A model generated the notes under the pieces. That model saw nothing but the letters and a program-made list of their open reading frames with translations. It searched no databases and had not been told where the DNA came from. A DNA stretch of 64,000 nucleotides from Chiloscyllium plagiosum (Eukaryota): positions 41,007,904-41,071,903 of the forward strand of contig NC_057734.1 in the NCBI RefSeq assembly GCF_004010195.1, written 5' to 3'. Position numbers and translations under genes: made by a program. Below, piece by piece: positions 12,651 to 23,954 of the stretch; the first letter of the stretch is position 1; every line of letters begins with the position of its first letter.

Positions 12651-12744
12651 TGGTGGTGTAGAGGTAGTATTACTAATTCCAGAGGCTGGAGTCCGCGGTT
12701 CAAGTCTCACCTGCTTTAGCAGGTGCAACAATCCAGGGTTTTGT

Positions 12745-15700
12745 GTTATTCATTTGTGGGGTTTAGGCATCACTCTCGGCAAGCATTGATAGCCCATCTC
12801 TATTTGCCCTTGAGAAGGTAATGGTGAACTACCTTCTTGAACTGCTACAATCCACTTGCTGTGGGTTGACCCACAATGCTGGTGGGGAGGGAATTCCAGG
12901 ATTTTGACCCAACAACTATGAAGGAAGGGCAGTATATTTCCAAGTCAAGATGGTGAGTGGCTTGGAGGGGAACTTGCAGGTGGTGGTGTTCCCAAATGGA
13001 AGTGATCGTGAGTTTGAAAGGTGTAGTCTAAGGATCTTTGGTGAATTTCTGCAGTTCATCTTGTAGATAGTACACACTGCTGCTACTGAGTGCCAGTGGT
13101 GGAGGGATTGAATGTTTGTAGATGTGGTGCCAATCAAGTAGGTTGCTTTGTCCTGAATGGTGTTAAGCTTCTTGAATGTTGTTGGAGCTGCACCCATCCA
13201 GGCAAGTGGGAAGTATTCCATCACACTCCTGACTTGTGCCTTGTGGATGGTGAATAGACTTTGGGATGGCAGGAGGTGAGTTACTGGCCACAGTATCCCT
13301 AGTCTCTGACCTGCTCTTGTAGTCCCTGTGACTATTTGGGGAGTCCAGTTGAGTTTCTGGTCGACGGTAACCCCAAGAATGTTGACAGTGGGGGATTCAG
13401 TGATGGTAATACTGTTGAATGTCAAGGGGCGGTGGTTAGAGTGTTTCTTATTGGTGATGGACATTGTCTGGCATTTTTGTGGCACGAAATGTTACTTGCC
13501 ACTTATCGGCCCAAGCCTGGATATTGTCCAGATCTTGTTGCATTTGAGCACGGACTGCTTCAATATCTGAGGAATGGTGCCGAACACTGCAATCACGCGA
13601 ACATCCCCATTTCTGACCTTATGACAAAGGGAAGGTCATTGATGAAGCAGCTGAAGATTGTTGGGCCTAGGACACTACCCTGAGGGAGTCCTGCGGAGAT
13701 GTCCTGGAGCTGAGATGACTGAACGTCCACAACCACAACCATCTTCCTTTGTGCCAAATATTACTCTAATCAGCGAAGTGGTTGCCCCAATACCCATTGA
13801 TTCCGATTTTGCCAGGGTTTCTTGATGCCATACTCGGTCAAATGCGGTCTTGATGTCAAGGGCTGTCACTCTCACCTCACCTCTGGAATTCAGCTCTTTT
13901 GTCCATGTTTGAACCAAGGCTGTAATGAGATCAGGAGCTGAATGACTCTGGTGAAACCCAAACTGGGCTTCACTGAGCAGGTTGTTGCTGATCAGATGCT
14001 GCTTGATAGCACTGGTGATGACCCCTTCCATCATTTTACTAATGATGGAGAGTGGATTGACTGGGTGTTGATTGGCCGGGTTGAATTTGTCTGGCTTTTT
14101 GTGTACAGGACATGCATGGACAATTTTCCACATTGTCAGGTAGATGCCAGTGTTGTAACTGTACTGGAAGAGCTTGGCAAGGGGAGCAGCAAGTTATGGA
14201 GCACTCATCTTCAGTACTATTGCTGGAATGTTATTAGGGCCCATTGCGTTTGCGGCATCCAGTCATTTCTTAATATCATGTTGTTGGAGACTGGTATCTG
14301 TGATGCTGGGGACCACTGGAGGAGCCTGAGATTGACCATCCACTTGGCACTTCTGACCAAAGATTGTTACAAATGCATCAGCCTTATCTTTTGCACTAAT
14401 GGGCTGGGCTCCTCCATCATTGAGGATTGGGATATTTGTGGAGCTGCCTCCTCCAGTGAGTTGTTTAATTGTCCACCACCATTCACATCTGGATGTGGAA
14501 GGACCGCAGAGCTTAGATCTGATCTGTTGGTTGTGGGATCGCTTAGCTCTGTTTATCACTTGCTGTTTATGCAGTTTGGCACACAGGTAGTCCTGTTTGG
14601 TAGATGACACCTCATTTTTAGGTATGCCTGATGCTGCTCCTAGCATGCCCTCCTGCACACTCCATTGAACCAGGGTTGATCCCCTGGCTTGATGGTAATG
14701 ATTGAATGGGGAATATGCCAGGCCATGTGCTGGAGTACAGTTCTGCTGCTATTGATGGCCCACAGCGCCTCATGGATGCCCAGTCCTGAGCTGCAAGATC
14801 AGTTTGAAGTCTGTCCCATTTAGCATGGTAACAGTGCCACACAACACGATGGAGGTTGTTCTCAACGTGAAGGCAGTACTTCACCTCCACAAGGACAGTG
14901 CGGTGGTCACTTTTGCCAATACTGTCATGGTCAGATAGTTCTGCAGCTGGCAGATTAGTAAGGATGTTTTTTCCTCATGTTGGTTCCTTCGCTATTTGCT
15001 GCAGACACAGTATAGCAGTTATATCCTTTAGGACCCGACCAGCCCAATCAGTAATGCTGCTGCCGAGCCACTCTTGCTGGTGGACACTGAAACCCCACAC
15101 CCAGAGTATATTTTGTGCCCTTCCCACCCTCAGTTCTTCCTCCAAGTGTTGCACAACCATGGAGGAGTACCGATTCATCAACTTAAGGAGGACAGTACGA
15201 GGTTTACAATGTAACCAATAAGAGGTTTCCCTGCCCATGTTTAACCTGAAGCCATGAGACTTCATGGGGTCTGAAATTGATGCCAAGGACTCCCAGGGCA
15301 ACTCCTTCTCAACTGTATACCACTATGCTGCCACCTCTGCTAGGTCTGTCCTGCCAGTGGGACAGGACACATGCAGAGATGGTAATGATGGTGTCTGAGG
15401 CGTTTTCTGTAAGGTATGATTCAAGCTGTTGCTTGACTAGTCTGTGAGACAACTCTCCCAATTTCAGCACTATTGGTAAGGAGGACTTTGCATGATCAAC
15501 AGGGCTGTTTGTCTTTTTGCCATTGTCTTTACCGATTCCAAGGTCAATGCCAGGTGATCCATCCGGTTTCATTTCTTTGTTGTGACTTTGTAGTGATTTG
15601 ATACAACTTAGTGGCTTGCTAGGCCATTTCAGAGGGCAGTTGAGAGTCAACCACATTGCTGTGGATCTGGAGTCCCATGTAGGCCAGACTAGGTAACGAC

Positions 15701-15920
15701 TGCAGAATTCCTTCCCTAAAGGGCATAAGTGTACCACATGGGTTTTTCTGACAATTGGAAATGGTTTCAGGGTCATCAGTCGACCCTTAATTTCAGATTT
15801 TTTTTTATTGAACTCAAATTCCACCATCTGCTGGTAGGATTCAAACCCAGGTCCCCAGAAAATTATGCTGGGCTTCTGGATTAAAAGTCAAGCAATAATA
15901 CCACTAGGCCATTGCCTCCC
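12745..15920 (-). mobile_element. Near full-length decayed CR1-group LINE (APE+RT) with a tRNA-derived 5' head
   Basis: A box TGGCCTAGTGG and B-box-like GGTTTGAATCC at the 5' end; KLGELSHRLVKQQ..ESYL (APE), ALDIKTAFDRVWH (RT), KAQVRSVMEY; 3' tail at ~12745-12870. Confidence 0.85.
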
Positions 15921-16599
15921 TGTGATTAAAAATGTCTACAAGCAGTTATTGGTGATGGGCTGTGAAAAGGTCAGAGAGGGTCACACATTTAGTAGAGCAG
16001 ACAATAACTAGGGTACGCAGGTAAGGGACAGGAGATTTGAGGAAAAGTGTTTTCTCCCAGATGATGATGGGTATCTGGAGCTCACTGTCTAAAAGAGTGG
16101 TTGAGGTGAAAATACCTGAAATACCATAGCATTCAAGGCTCCAGGTCATGTTGGCAAATGAGATTAAAATAGATGGCTGTTTGATGGCCTCTTTCTGGAC
16201 TGTAAAAACACTGACTCTAAATTGAAGTGAAAAGTAAGCAAGTTCTAAAGAAGATCAGCCACCTTAAAGCAAATGTGTTTTCTCTTTGCATTTGCTGGAT
16301 GGCCTATCATTTATTGTCAGCATATTTTGTATTTTGGTACATAGTACACATCTGTGTAAACATATAGTGCTAGTCCCACTAGGCGTCATTATCTAAAAGT
16401 CTTCGAGATTTAATACACAGGATAATTTTTAAAGCACAAACTGCAATCCCCTTACACATGTAAAATACTGAATAATACATTATAGTGGCTCCTTTTCCTT
16501 TCCTGAATTTCCACTGATGATAAAAATAATATGAAGAAAGTTTTTGAGTTTCCACAAAAAAGAATTGCATGGCAATATATAGTTTTGGTCCTTTCTCAG

Positions 16600-16760
16600 A
16601 TCTTTGAACTCTGACCATTCTGACAAAGGAGTCACTGAACGTGGAACTTTAACTCTGTCTTTCTCTCTGCAGATGCTGCCAGACCTACTGAGTTTCTCCA
16701 GCATTTTCTATTTTTCTTTCAGATTTCCAGGAACTCTGGTTGTTCGATTTTATTTTAGTA
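16600..16760 (+). mobile_element. Degenerate PLE 3'-end fragment with decayed hammerhead
   Basis: ttctgacaaaggagtcactgaacgtggaactttaac followed by the family tail cagatgctgccagacct..gagtttctccagca. Confidence 0.55.
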
Positions 16761-16828
16761 ATCCAATTGTCCAGCTCACTCATGACCTTTTTTAGTTCAT
16801 TTTGTCTCAGCTAAACTGTAACACACTT

Positions 16829-17006
16829 ATAAAAACCGAAAGAACTGTGAATGCTGGAAATCAGAAACAAAAACAGAAGTTGCAGGAAAATCTCAGCAGG
16901 TCTGACAGCAGTTCTGAGGAAGAGTCACTGGACCTGAAACACTAATTCTGATTTGTCTTCATAGGCGCTGCCAGACCTGCTGAGTTTTTCCAGCAACTTC
17001 TGTTTT
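16829..17006 (+). mobile_element. PLE-derived fold-back mini-element (second family)
   Basis: 12-bp TSD tgtaacacactt (16817-16828, 17007-17018); core CTGAGGA-A-GAGTC-actg-GACCT-GAAA at 16914-16939. Confidence 0.75.
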
Positions 17007-17959
17007 TGTAACACACTTGCCCTTGAGTCAAAATGCCAAACAATCTTACAGATGAGACAAATCAAGCCCCCTTGTGGTCCCTTGGCAGTGATTAATAAGA
17101 ATTAATACAGCTTAATTGGTGCAGAAAAAAGGTAACTGCTGGAAATACTCAACAGGTCAGGCAGCCTCTGTGGAGAGAAAAAAACAGTTAACATTTCAGG
17201 ACAGCAAAATGTATTCAGAACATTCAATCTTATCATTTAGCTCAATCATACAGATTAACCAACAAATGCCTACCGTTTGGCAGAGTATTTTGAATTCTGT
17301 ACCCTGGGTAACAAATGTTCAGATTTGGTTGGTAGCATTCTTGTGTCTACATCAGAAAAATGTGAGACTTGGTCCTTCTTGGTATTTTTCCCATTGGTTG
17401 TAAGCTGTAAGTGATTTAAATACCTTCTGTAAATCAACTCTTGTTTTGGAAGTTTGATGCAGAGTTGGCATAGATGTCTACAGACCTGACAGCTTATGCT
17501 GTTGTTGATACTTGGAGGAACTTAAGCAGCTGTAGGTGGGCACATCACCGATGTTGTGAGTTTGTCATATAGGGTCCTTAAAGCAAACTAAAACAAATTA
17601 CAATGCTAGTCTTCACATGGGCCATTCTGGTTCAGTTGTTTCCCAGGAGAGGTGGTCTATTGCATTATAGAAGCTGCTTTTCTTTTGTTTCATTTGTACT
17701 CACCACCTTGATGTCATTTGCCCTGATACTGTTCTCCATTAAATCCCTGGCTGGAGACTCTGGAGGCATTCATGTGGGAGACATGTCATCTAATTTATGG
17801 AAGCAGATCAAAGGTGGGCAAGAAAACCTTAAAATGAAACAAAGGACAGTGGATGCTGAAGATCTAAAACATAAACAGAAATTGCTGGAGAAACTCAGCA
17901 GGTGTGGCCACATCTGGAGAGAGAAAACAAAGTTAACATATTGAGTGCTGTGGCCCTAC

Positions 17960-18790
17960 TGATAATAACAGGAAAACACATATTTGATCTCACCCTCACC
18001 AAACTGCCTGTCAATGACAGTATCAGTAAGAGTGAACACTACGCTGTCCTCATGGAGACTAAATCCTGCCTTCACATCATGTTGTGTGGCACTATGCGGA
18101 ATGGAACCAATTTCAAATAGAAAAAGCAACTCAAAGGGCTCAACAACTTTATGATCTGGCTTATCCTCCCACTTTACAATTACCATGATGCCAGGGGATC
18201 TACCTGATTCAGTGAAGTGTGCAGAAGCAGCTCCAGGTACATTTAAAAATGAGGTGTTAATCAGGTGAAACTACAATGCAGGACAATTTCCTTGCCAAAC
18301 ATATCTATCTCACTCTGCTTCAGCTGTCCCCAATATCACAGATGTCAGTCTTCAGCCAATTCAACTCTGCATGTGATATGAAGAAATAGTTGGAATTTCT
18401 GGCTACTGCAAAGGCTATAGGCCTATCACCGAGTGTAGCATCAAGGTGTTCCAGCAAAACTGGAGCCAGTGAGAATCCAGGGGAAGCTCTCAACTGGTTG
18501 GAGTCATACCTATATAGGAAGAATATTGTGATGATTGGAGGTCAGTCATCACAGCTCCAGGACATCTCTGAAGGAGTTCCTCAGGGTACTATCCTAGGCG
18601 CAACCATCTTCAGCTTCTTCATCAATGACCTTCACTCCCTCATAACATCAAAAATGGGATGCTCACTGGTTGTACAAAGTTCAGCACCATTCACAACTCC
18701 TCAGACAATGAAACAGTTCATGACCAAATGAGCAAGACCTGGATAATATTGAGGTTTGGGCTGATAAATGTACACCATACAAATGGCAGA
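17960..18790 (+). mobile_element. Fragmented copy of the CR1-group LINE family at 12745-15920
   Basis: GVPQGTILGATIFSFFINDL and shared internal segments. Confidence 0.65.
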
Positions 18791-18799
18791 CAATGACTG

Positions 18800-19169
18800 T
18801 ATTCAACAAGTGGTGTTCTGCAGGGATCTGTTGTAGGACCTCTGCTCTTTGTGATTTTTATAAATGACTTAGATGAGGAAGTAGAAGGGCGGGTTAGTAA
18901 GTTTGCCAAGGACACGAAGGTTGGAGTTTTGGATAATGTTGAGGGCTGTTGTAGGTTGCAATAGGACATTGACAGAATGCAGAGCTGAGCTGAGAAGTGG
19001 CAGATAGCGTTCAACCTGAAAAAGTGTGAAGTGATTCATTTTGGAAGGTTGAATTTGAGTGCAAATTACAGGGTTAAAGGCAGGATTCTTGGCATTGTAG
19101 AGGTACAGAGGGATCTTGGGGTCCATGTCCTTAGATCCATCAAAGTTGGCATCCAAGTTGATAAGGTTG
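18800..19169 (+). mobile_element. CR1 RT fragment, 5' half (split by the ERV)
   Basis: gtggtgttctgcagggatctgttgtaggacc..ataaatgacttagatgag; continues at 23228. Confidence 0.8.
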
Positions 19170-19834
19170 TGTGGGAAAAGATTTGCTAACCCACGATAGG
19201 CCCGCAAAAGCAAAATTGGCCAAACTGTACCAAAACACCCAGAATTCCCAAGCAGCTCACAATCCGAATTAGACAGCATGCAGACAAGGGAATACACTTT
19301 AAGCTCCCACGATCAATGACAGAGCACCACAGATATCTCAAAGTTCCAAGGGCAGTTTCACAACCCAGCAATACCAAAGCCACGCAAAGAGCAGGTCAGA
19401 CAGAGAGGCACCAGCAAGGACACACTCCAGGAACAGGACAATGGAAGTACCTCAACACTTCAGAGGAGACATTAACACCTACCTGTGAAGAGGAATGGAA
19501 CTGTCGATACTATCAGGATGTTGCATTGTGTGAAGGAACAGGACATACATCCGATAACTGTTTTCCAATTAGCATCCTTGAACCTAGATTACTCCCATTT
19601 CCAGATACCGATTAAGAAATGGGAAACTACAATGTGTCATTGTGCAGCATTACTAGAAAACTGGTCTCATCCTCAGCTCTGGGAAGAGAAATCTGATCTA
19701 CCTGCACAGATTGTCAGTTCTGTGTCAGCTGGTCTGTTTCTCTTCCAGCGATATCATTTGCAATAAACTGTTTGTCAATTTCACTTCGAGCTGTGTTTTG
19801 TGATCTCTAGCCTATTGGGCAAATTTCTCTGACA
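19170..19834 (+). repeat. ERV 5' LTR
   Basis: TGTGGGAAAAGATTTGC...GCAAATTTCTCTGACA imperfect terminal inverted repeat; AATAAA at 19762-19767. Confidence 0.9.
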
Positions 19835-19837
19835 GTT

Positions 19838-19854
19838 TGGCGTTAGTCGGTAGG
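19838..19854 (+). promoter_or_regulatory. Primer binding site, tRNA-Ser-like
   Basis: TGGCGTTAGTCGGTAGG versus TGGCGTAGTCGGCAGG, the complement of the vertebrate tRNA-Ser 3' end. Confidence 0.75.
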
Positions 19855-20344
19855 CCCTTTTTTTCCTCTCTCAACAGGGTAAGCGAACCTCACATTTTAA
19901 ATTTAACCCGATTCGTACCTAGCGGCCAGCCCTGCCTGGAGGTCAGACCAGAGAATGGCTGGACGACTGCGGAGGGTGGTCACATTTCTGATTTGCAATG
20001 AATTGGCGTCAGCTACTTCATTTGGGAAATTGAGTAGTGACTCTGGCCTGTGCAAGTGGGCACTTGGCTCAAATTGTTAACTGACATTTAAGCTACCATG
20101 TCTGGGCCTGTAGAAGTCTTCTGGTGGGAAAGTAAGTTAACTGGCAGCCGATAATTCGGTACTAAACAGCGTGGACTGGGCTTGTGGAAGTTCTCACCTG
20201 TGCTAAGTTAATTACCGAAATATTTGCAACAAACCTTAATTTGGCCCACGCATGATCCACCTTGAGCCAGGATTTCTGTCACGAACCTGTTCTAGCCAGG
20301 AGAAAGACGGTCGGGCAGAGAAAGTTAGGCACAATACGTGGAGA

Positions 20345-20553
20345 TTCTGGATCAGTGGTGCTGGAAGAGCACAGCAATTCAGGCAGCATCCGACGAGCAG
20401 CAAAATCGACGTTTCGGGCAAAAGCCCTTCATCACAGGGCTTTTGCCCGAAACATCGATTTTGCTGCTCGTCGGATGCTGCCTGAATTGCTGTGCTCTTC
20501 CAGCACCACTGGTCCAGAATCTGGTTTCCAGCATCTGCAGTCATTGTTTTTAC
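20345..20553. mobile_element. PLE-derived fold-back mini-element nested in the ERV
   Basis: 15-bp TSD cacaatacgtggaga (20330-20344, 20554-20568); ~87-bp inverted arms; same family as 10374-10555. Confidence 0.88.
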
Positions 20554-21219
20554 CACAATACGTGGAGAGACTGCTCATCAAATTCTCGCTTTACTACTGA
20601 CAGATCCACAGCTCAAACAAAATTGACTTGGGCCCAGCTATGTTGTCCTGTCCTGTGGTTTCTAAGTATTTATTTTGGGTGTGTCTGCTTTTTCTGTGCT
20701 TATGAGTGCTTGCTTTGTCAATTTCAGTTCTCCCACCTGACTGTGTTTGTTCAGCGCTTACGTGTTTGTTTGCGGTCAGCGATGACTGGCTTAAGTAACT
20801 TTTATTGCCTAACCTGTCAATCACTCACTACCTGTATTCCGTTAGCTCTCTATCGCTGTGTTTTTTCCTCGAAACCTAAACTTAGAAGTCATCCCAAGAC
20901 ATCCAGGACACCATGGGGGCACAGACATCAACCGTCTGCTGGGAGATGCCAGCTGTGGGAGCTGGGCAACCCCAACCATGTGTTGAGGAAGGTCTGGGGC
21001 TGAAAATGAACAAGAGTGCCCAGAAAAGGCATGGTAAATACGTAAATTGCAAGAACAAGGTGGAAAGGTCCATATCTGATCCTAACAACGACCTGGACTG
21101 CTATGAAACTGGAAGGACAGCCCCAATGGGCACATGCCACCCACTGCAAGAGGGGTCCACAACCTATGAACAGGGACCACACAGAGGAAGACACCACTCC
21201 AACCCCCCTCCCCCCGAGG

Positions 21220-22657
21220 ATGGATCCAGCTGCTTGTGGCAGCCATCGCCATCAGCACTCTCGGCCTGAGCTATCTGACCGTCACACTGTGGCTTGCTGG
21301 TAAACAGGGACAAGGGGCAGGACATTTCATAACCCACCGTGACTTACGGGCCAATACCTTCCTCAAAATGGCCCATGGGTATGCCCAGAGATTTAATCAG
21401 ACCCGCTGCTGGGTCTGCACTTGGTCCCTGACCACTCTCACGGAGGCATTCCTTTAGCCTCAATCCCATTAAATATCTCTGACATGGCGGAACGGTGGCT
21501 AGACCCAGCTAGGTCCCTGAACTAACCACACTTGCCATGGCCAACTACGGGGACAACAGCCCAGCCCGCTGGAGATCGGCAGGGTACCACCTGGTGAAAT
21601 TTACAGGGTGGTTTTACCCGGCCTACAACCTCTCCCATGAGCCCCCAGCCCTGACCATTGCTGACACTAACACACAAGGGCCATCTATGGGATCCATCTG
21701 TTTAAAAAGCATACAGCCATTCAGATGGGAGGCTGGCTGTAGCCAGTGCACTGACTCCCTAGTCCTAACTCCCGCAGCATGCCGATCCGCTGCAGAAGGC
21801 AGCATTTTAAACCTACAGGTCCTCAACAGGACCAGCCAGAACACCGCCTCCCTCACCATCTGACAGGGATCCAGACCCGCCATCTCCGACCCTACAACGG
21901 CACCTATTTTATCTGTGGCCACAAAGCCAACCCTGGTTGCCGTTATCCTGGACTGGGAGCTGCTATGTCGGGTATGCCCATGACCCACAGCAGACGAGCC
22001 CTTGCTGCCATTAAAGCAGGTCTCTAACTGATATCACCCCACTCTGCAACCCTGCGGTTACAGGTAGAAGCCCACAAACTCGCCGCCACACTGGAGGAGG
22101 TGGCAAACTCCACAGCAGAAGCACTCGCCCAGCTGAATGCAGAGGCTGTTACCATCCGTACTGTGGCTCTGCAGAACAGGATGGCCCTGGATTACCTGCT
22201 CGCTGCGAAAGGGGACACACGTGCCCTTATTGGTGCTGACTGCTGCACTTACATTCCTGACCCCAGTGAAAACAACACAGACCTGGCTCAACATATCCAG
22301 CAGGCAGCTTCTGTCCTGCATGATCAGAACTCCCACAGGGACTTATGGGACTGGGCAGCCTCCTGGCTGGGGTCACGGGGCACAGCCCTACTACAGGGAT
22401 TGATAGCCCTCATTGCTGACCTTATAGCGCTAGCCATGGCCATCCGAGTGTGCTGCTCAAGCCTATGTGCAATCTTGTTACCCTCTGCTCCCTCCACCAC
22501 TCAGCTAGCACAGATCCACTGGCGGAACATCCCTGCCCCTGGCATTGGCACTGCTGAGCAAGACTCGGATACTGAGAGCCAACTGTCCGATACGGACCCC
22601 CCACCCAACAATCCCCCTGGCTCCAGCAACATTGCCCCCTTCTTGTCCCTCCCCTAA
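21220..22657 (+). pseudogene. env: Retroviral gamma-type envelope pseudogene
   Basis: Hydrophobic leader, CWVC (21407-21418), YNGTYFICG, ISD LQNRMALDYLL (22169-22201), R-X6-CC (CX6CC with TGT>CGT), TM helix; frameshifts and stops; no clear furin site or fusion peptide. Confidence 0.88.
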
Positions 22658-22660
22658 GCA

Positions 22661-22678
22661 AAACAAAAAATGGGGGAA
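22661..22678 (+). promoter_or_regulatory. Polypurine tract
   Basis: aaacaaaaaatgggggaa immediately before the 3' LTR. Confidence 0.8.
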
Positions 22679-22679
22679 T

Positions 22680-23222
22680 TGTGGGAAAAGATTTGCTAAC
22701 CCATGATAGACCCACAAAAGCAAAATTGGCTAAACTGTACCAAAACACCCAGAATTCCCAAGCAGCTCACAAGCCGAATCAGACAGCACGCAGACAAGGG
22801 AATACACTTTAAGCTCCCAGCAAGGACATGCTCCAGGAACAGGACAATGGAAGCACCTCAACACTTCAGAGGAGACATTAACTCCTACCTGTGAAGAGGA
22901 ATGGAACCGGTCGATATTGTCAGGATGTTGCATTGTGTGAAGGAACAGGACATTCCTCCGATAACTGTTTTCTAATTAGCTTCCTTGCAATTAGATTATT
23001 CCACTTCCAGATACATTGTAGTTTCCCATTTCTTAATCAGTGTCATTGTGCAATATTACTAGAAAACCGGTCTCATCCTCAGCTCTGGGAAGAGAAATCT
23101 GATCTACCTGTACAGACTGTCAGTTCTGTGTCAGCTGGTCTGCTTTCTCTTCCAGCGATATAGTTTGCAATAAACTGTTTGTCAATTTCACTTCGAGCTG
23201 TTTTGGGCAAATTTCTCCGACT
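22680..23222 (+). repeat. ERV 3' LTR
   Basis: Homologous to the 5' LTR but lacks ~100 bp and ~20 bp segments, has a 25-bp inversion, and ends CT instead of CA. Confidence 0.9.
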
Positions 23223-23227
23223 GTTTG

Positions 23228-23830
23228 TTCAGAAGGTGGGTTGGCTTTCATTAGCAGGGGGATTAAGTTTAAGAGCTGGAGGTTATGCTATAGCTCCATA
23301 AAGCCCTAGTCAGACCATACTTGGAATATTGTGTTCAGTTCTGGTCACCTCATGTAGAAGCTTTAGAGAGGGTGTAGTGTAGATGCTGCCTGAACTGCAG
23401 GGCATGTCTTATGAAGAAAGGTTGAGGGAGCTAGGGATATTCTCATTGGAGCAATGAAGAATTAGAGGTGCCTTGATAGAGGTATTCAAGATGAGGAGAG
23501 GGATAGATAGAGTGGATAACCAGAGACATTTTCCCAGGGCAGAAATGGCTATCACAAGGGGGGCATAATTTTAAGGTGATTAGTAGAAGGTTTAGGGGAA
23601 GATTTCAGAGGCAGGTTCTTTACACAGAGAGTGGTGAGTGCGTGGAATGCACTGCCAGCAGTGGTAGTAGAGTCAGATACATTAGGCATATTTAAGTAAC
23701 TCTTGGATATGCACATGATGATAGTAAAATGAAAGGTATGTGGATTAGTTTGATCTTCGAGTAGGATAAAAGGTCAGCACAACATCGAGGGCTGAAGGGC
23801 CTGTCCTATGCTGTACTGTTTTATGTTCTA
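23228..23830 (+). mobile_element. CR1 fragment, 3' half and 3' UTR
   Basis: Resumes the CR1 sequence after the TSD; ends ggctgaagggcctgtcctatgctgtactgttttatgttcta. Confidence 0.8.
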
Positions 23831-23954
23831 AATTCTATTTCAAAAGAGAAATTTAACCATCGCCCCTGACATTCAATGGCATCACTATCACTGAATTCCC
23901 TTCTATCAACACTGGAGGTTATCACTGACCGAGCTGGACTAGTCATATCAGTAT

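Larger units (their letters stand above)
19170..23222 (+). mobile_element. Internally deleted endogenous retrovirus (LTR-leader-env-LTR)
   Basis: Two direct-repeat LTRs, PBS, PPT, env motifs, 5-bp TSD ggttg (19165-19169) / gtttg (23223-23227). Confidence 0.9.

Noticed and set aside
12648-12715. tRNA gene in the RNF10 promoter
   Set aside because: A/B-box-like motifs are present, but there is no cloverleaf; it is more likely a SINE head remnant.
15762-15780. CTGATGA-CCCT-GAAA on the minus strand as a hammerhead
   Set aside because: No stem II is possible, and the motif is not kept in related copies (37855, 44005).
10374-20553. Fold-back elements as DNA-transposon MITEs or miRNA genes
   Set aside because: Arms are asymmetric, TSDs are long and variable, and the sequence matches a PLE 3' end.
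20338-21003. 221-aa ORF in the ERV leader
   Set aside because: It starts inside the palindromic insertion and has no Gag/Pol motifs.
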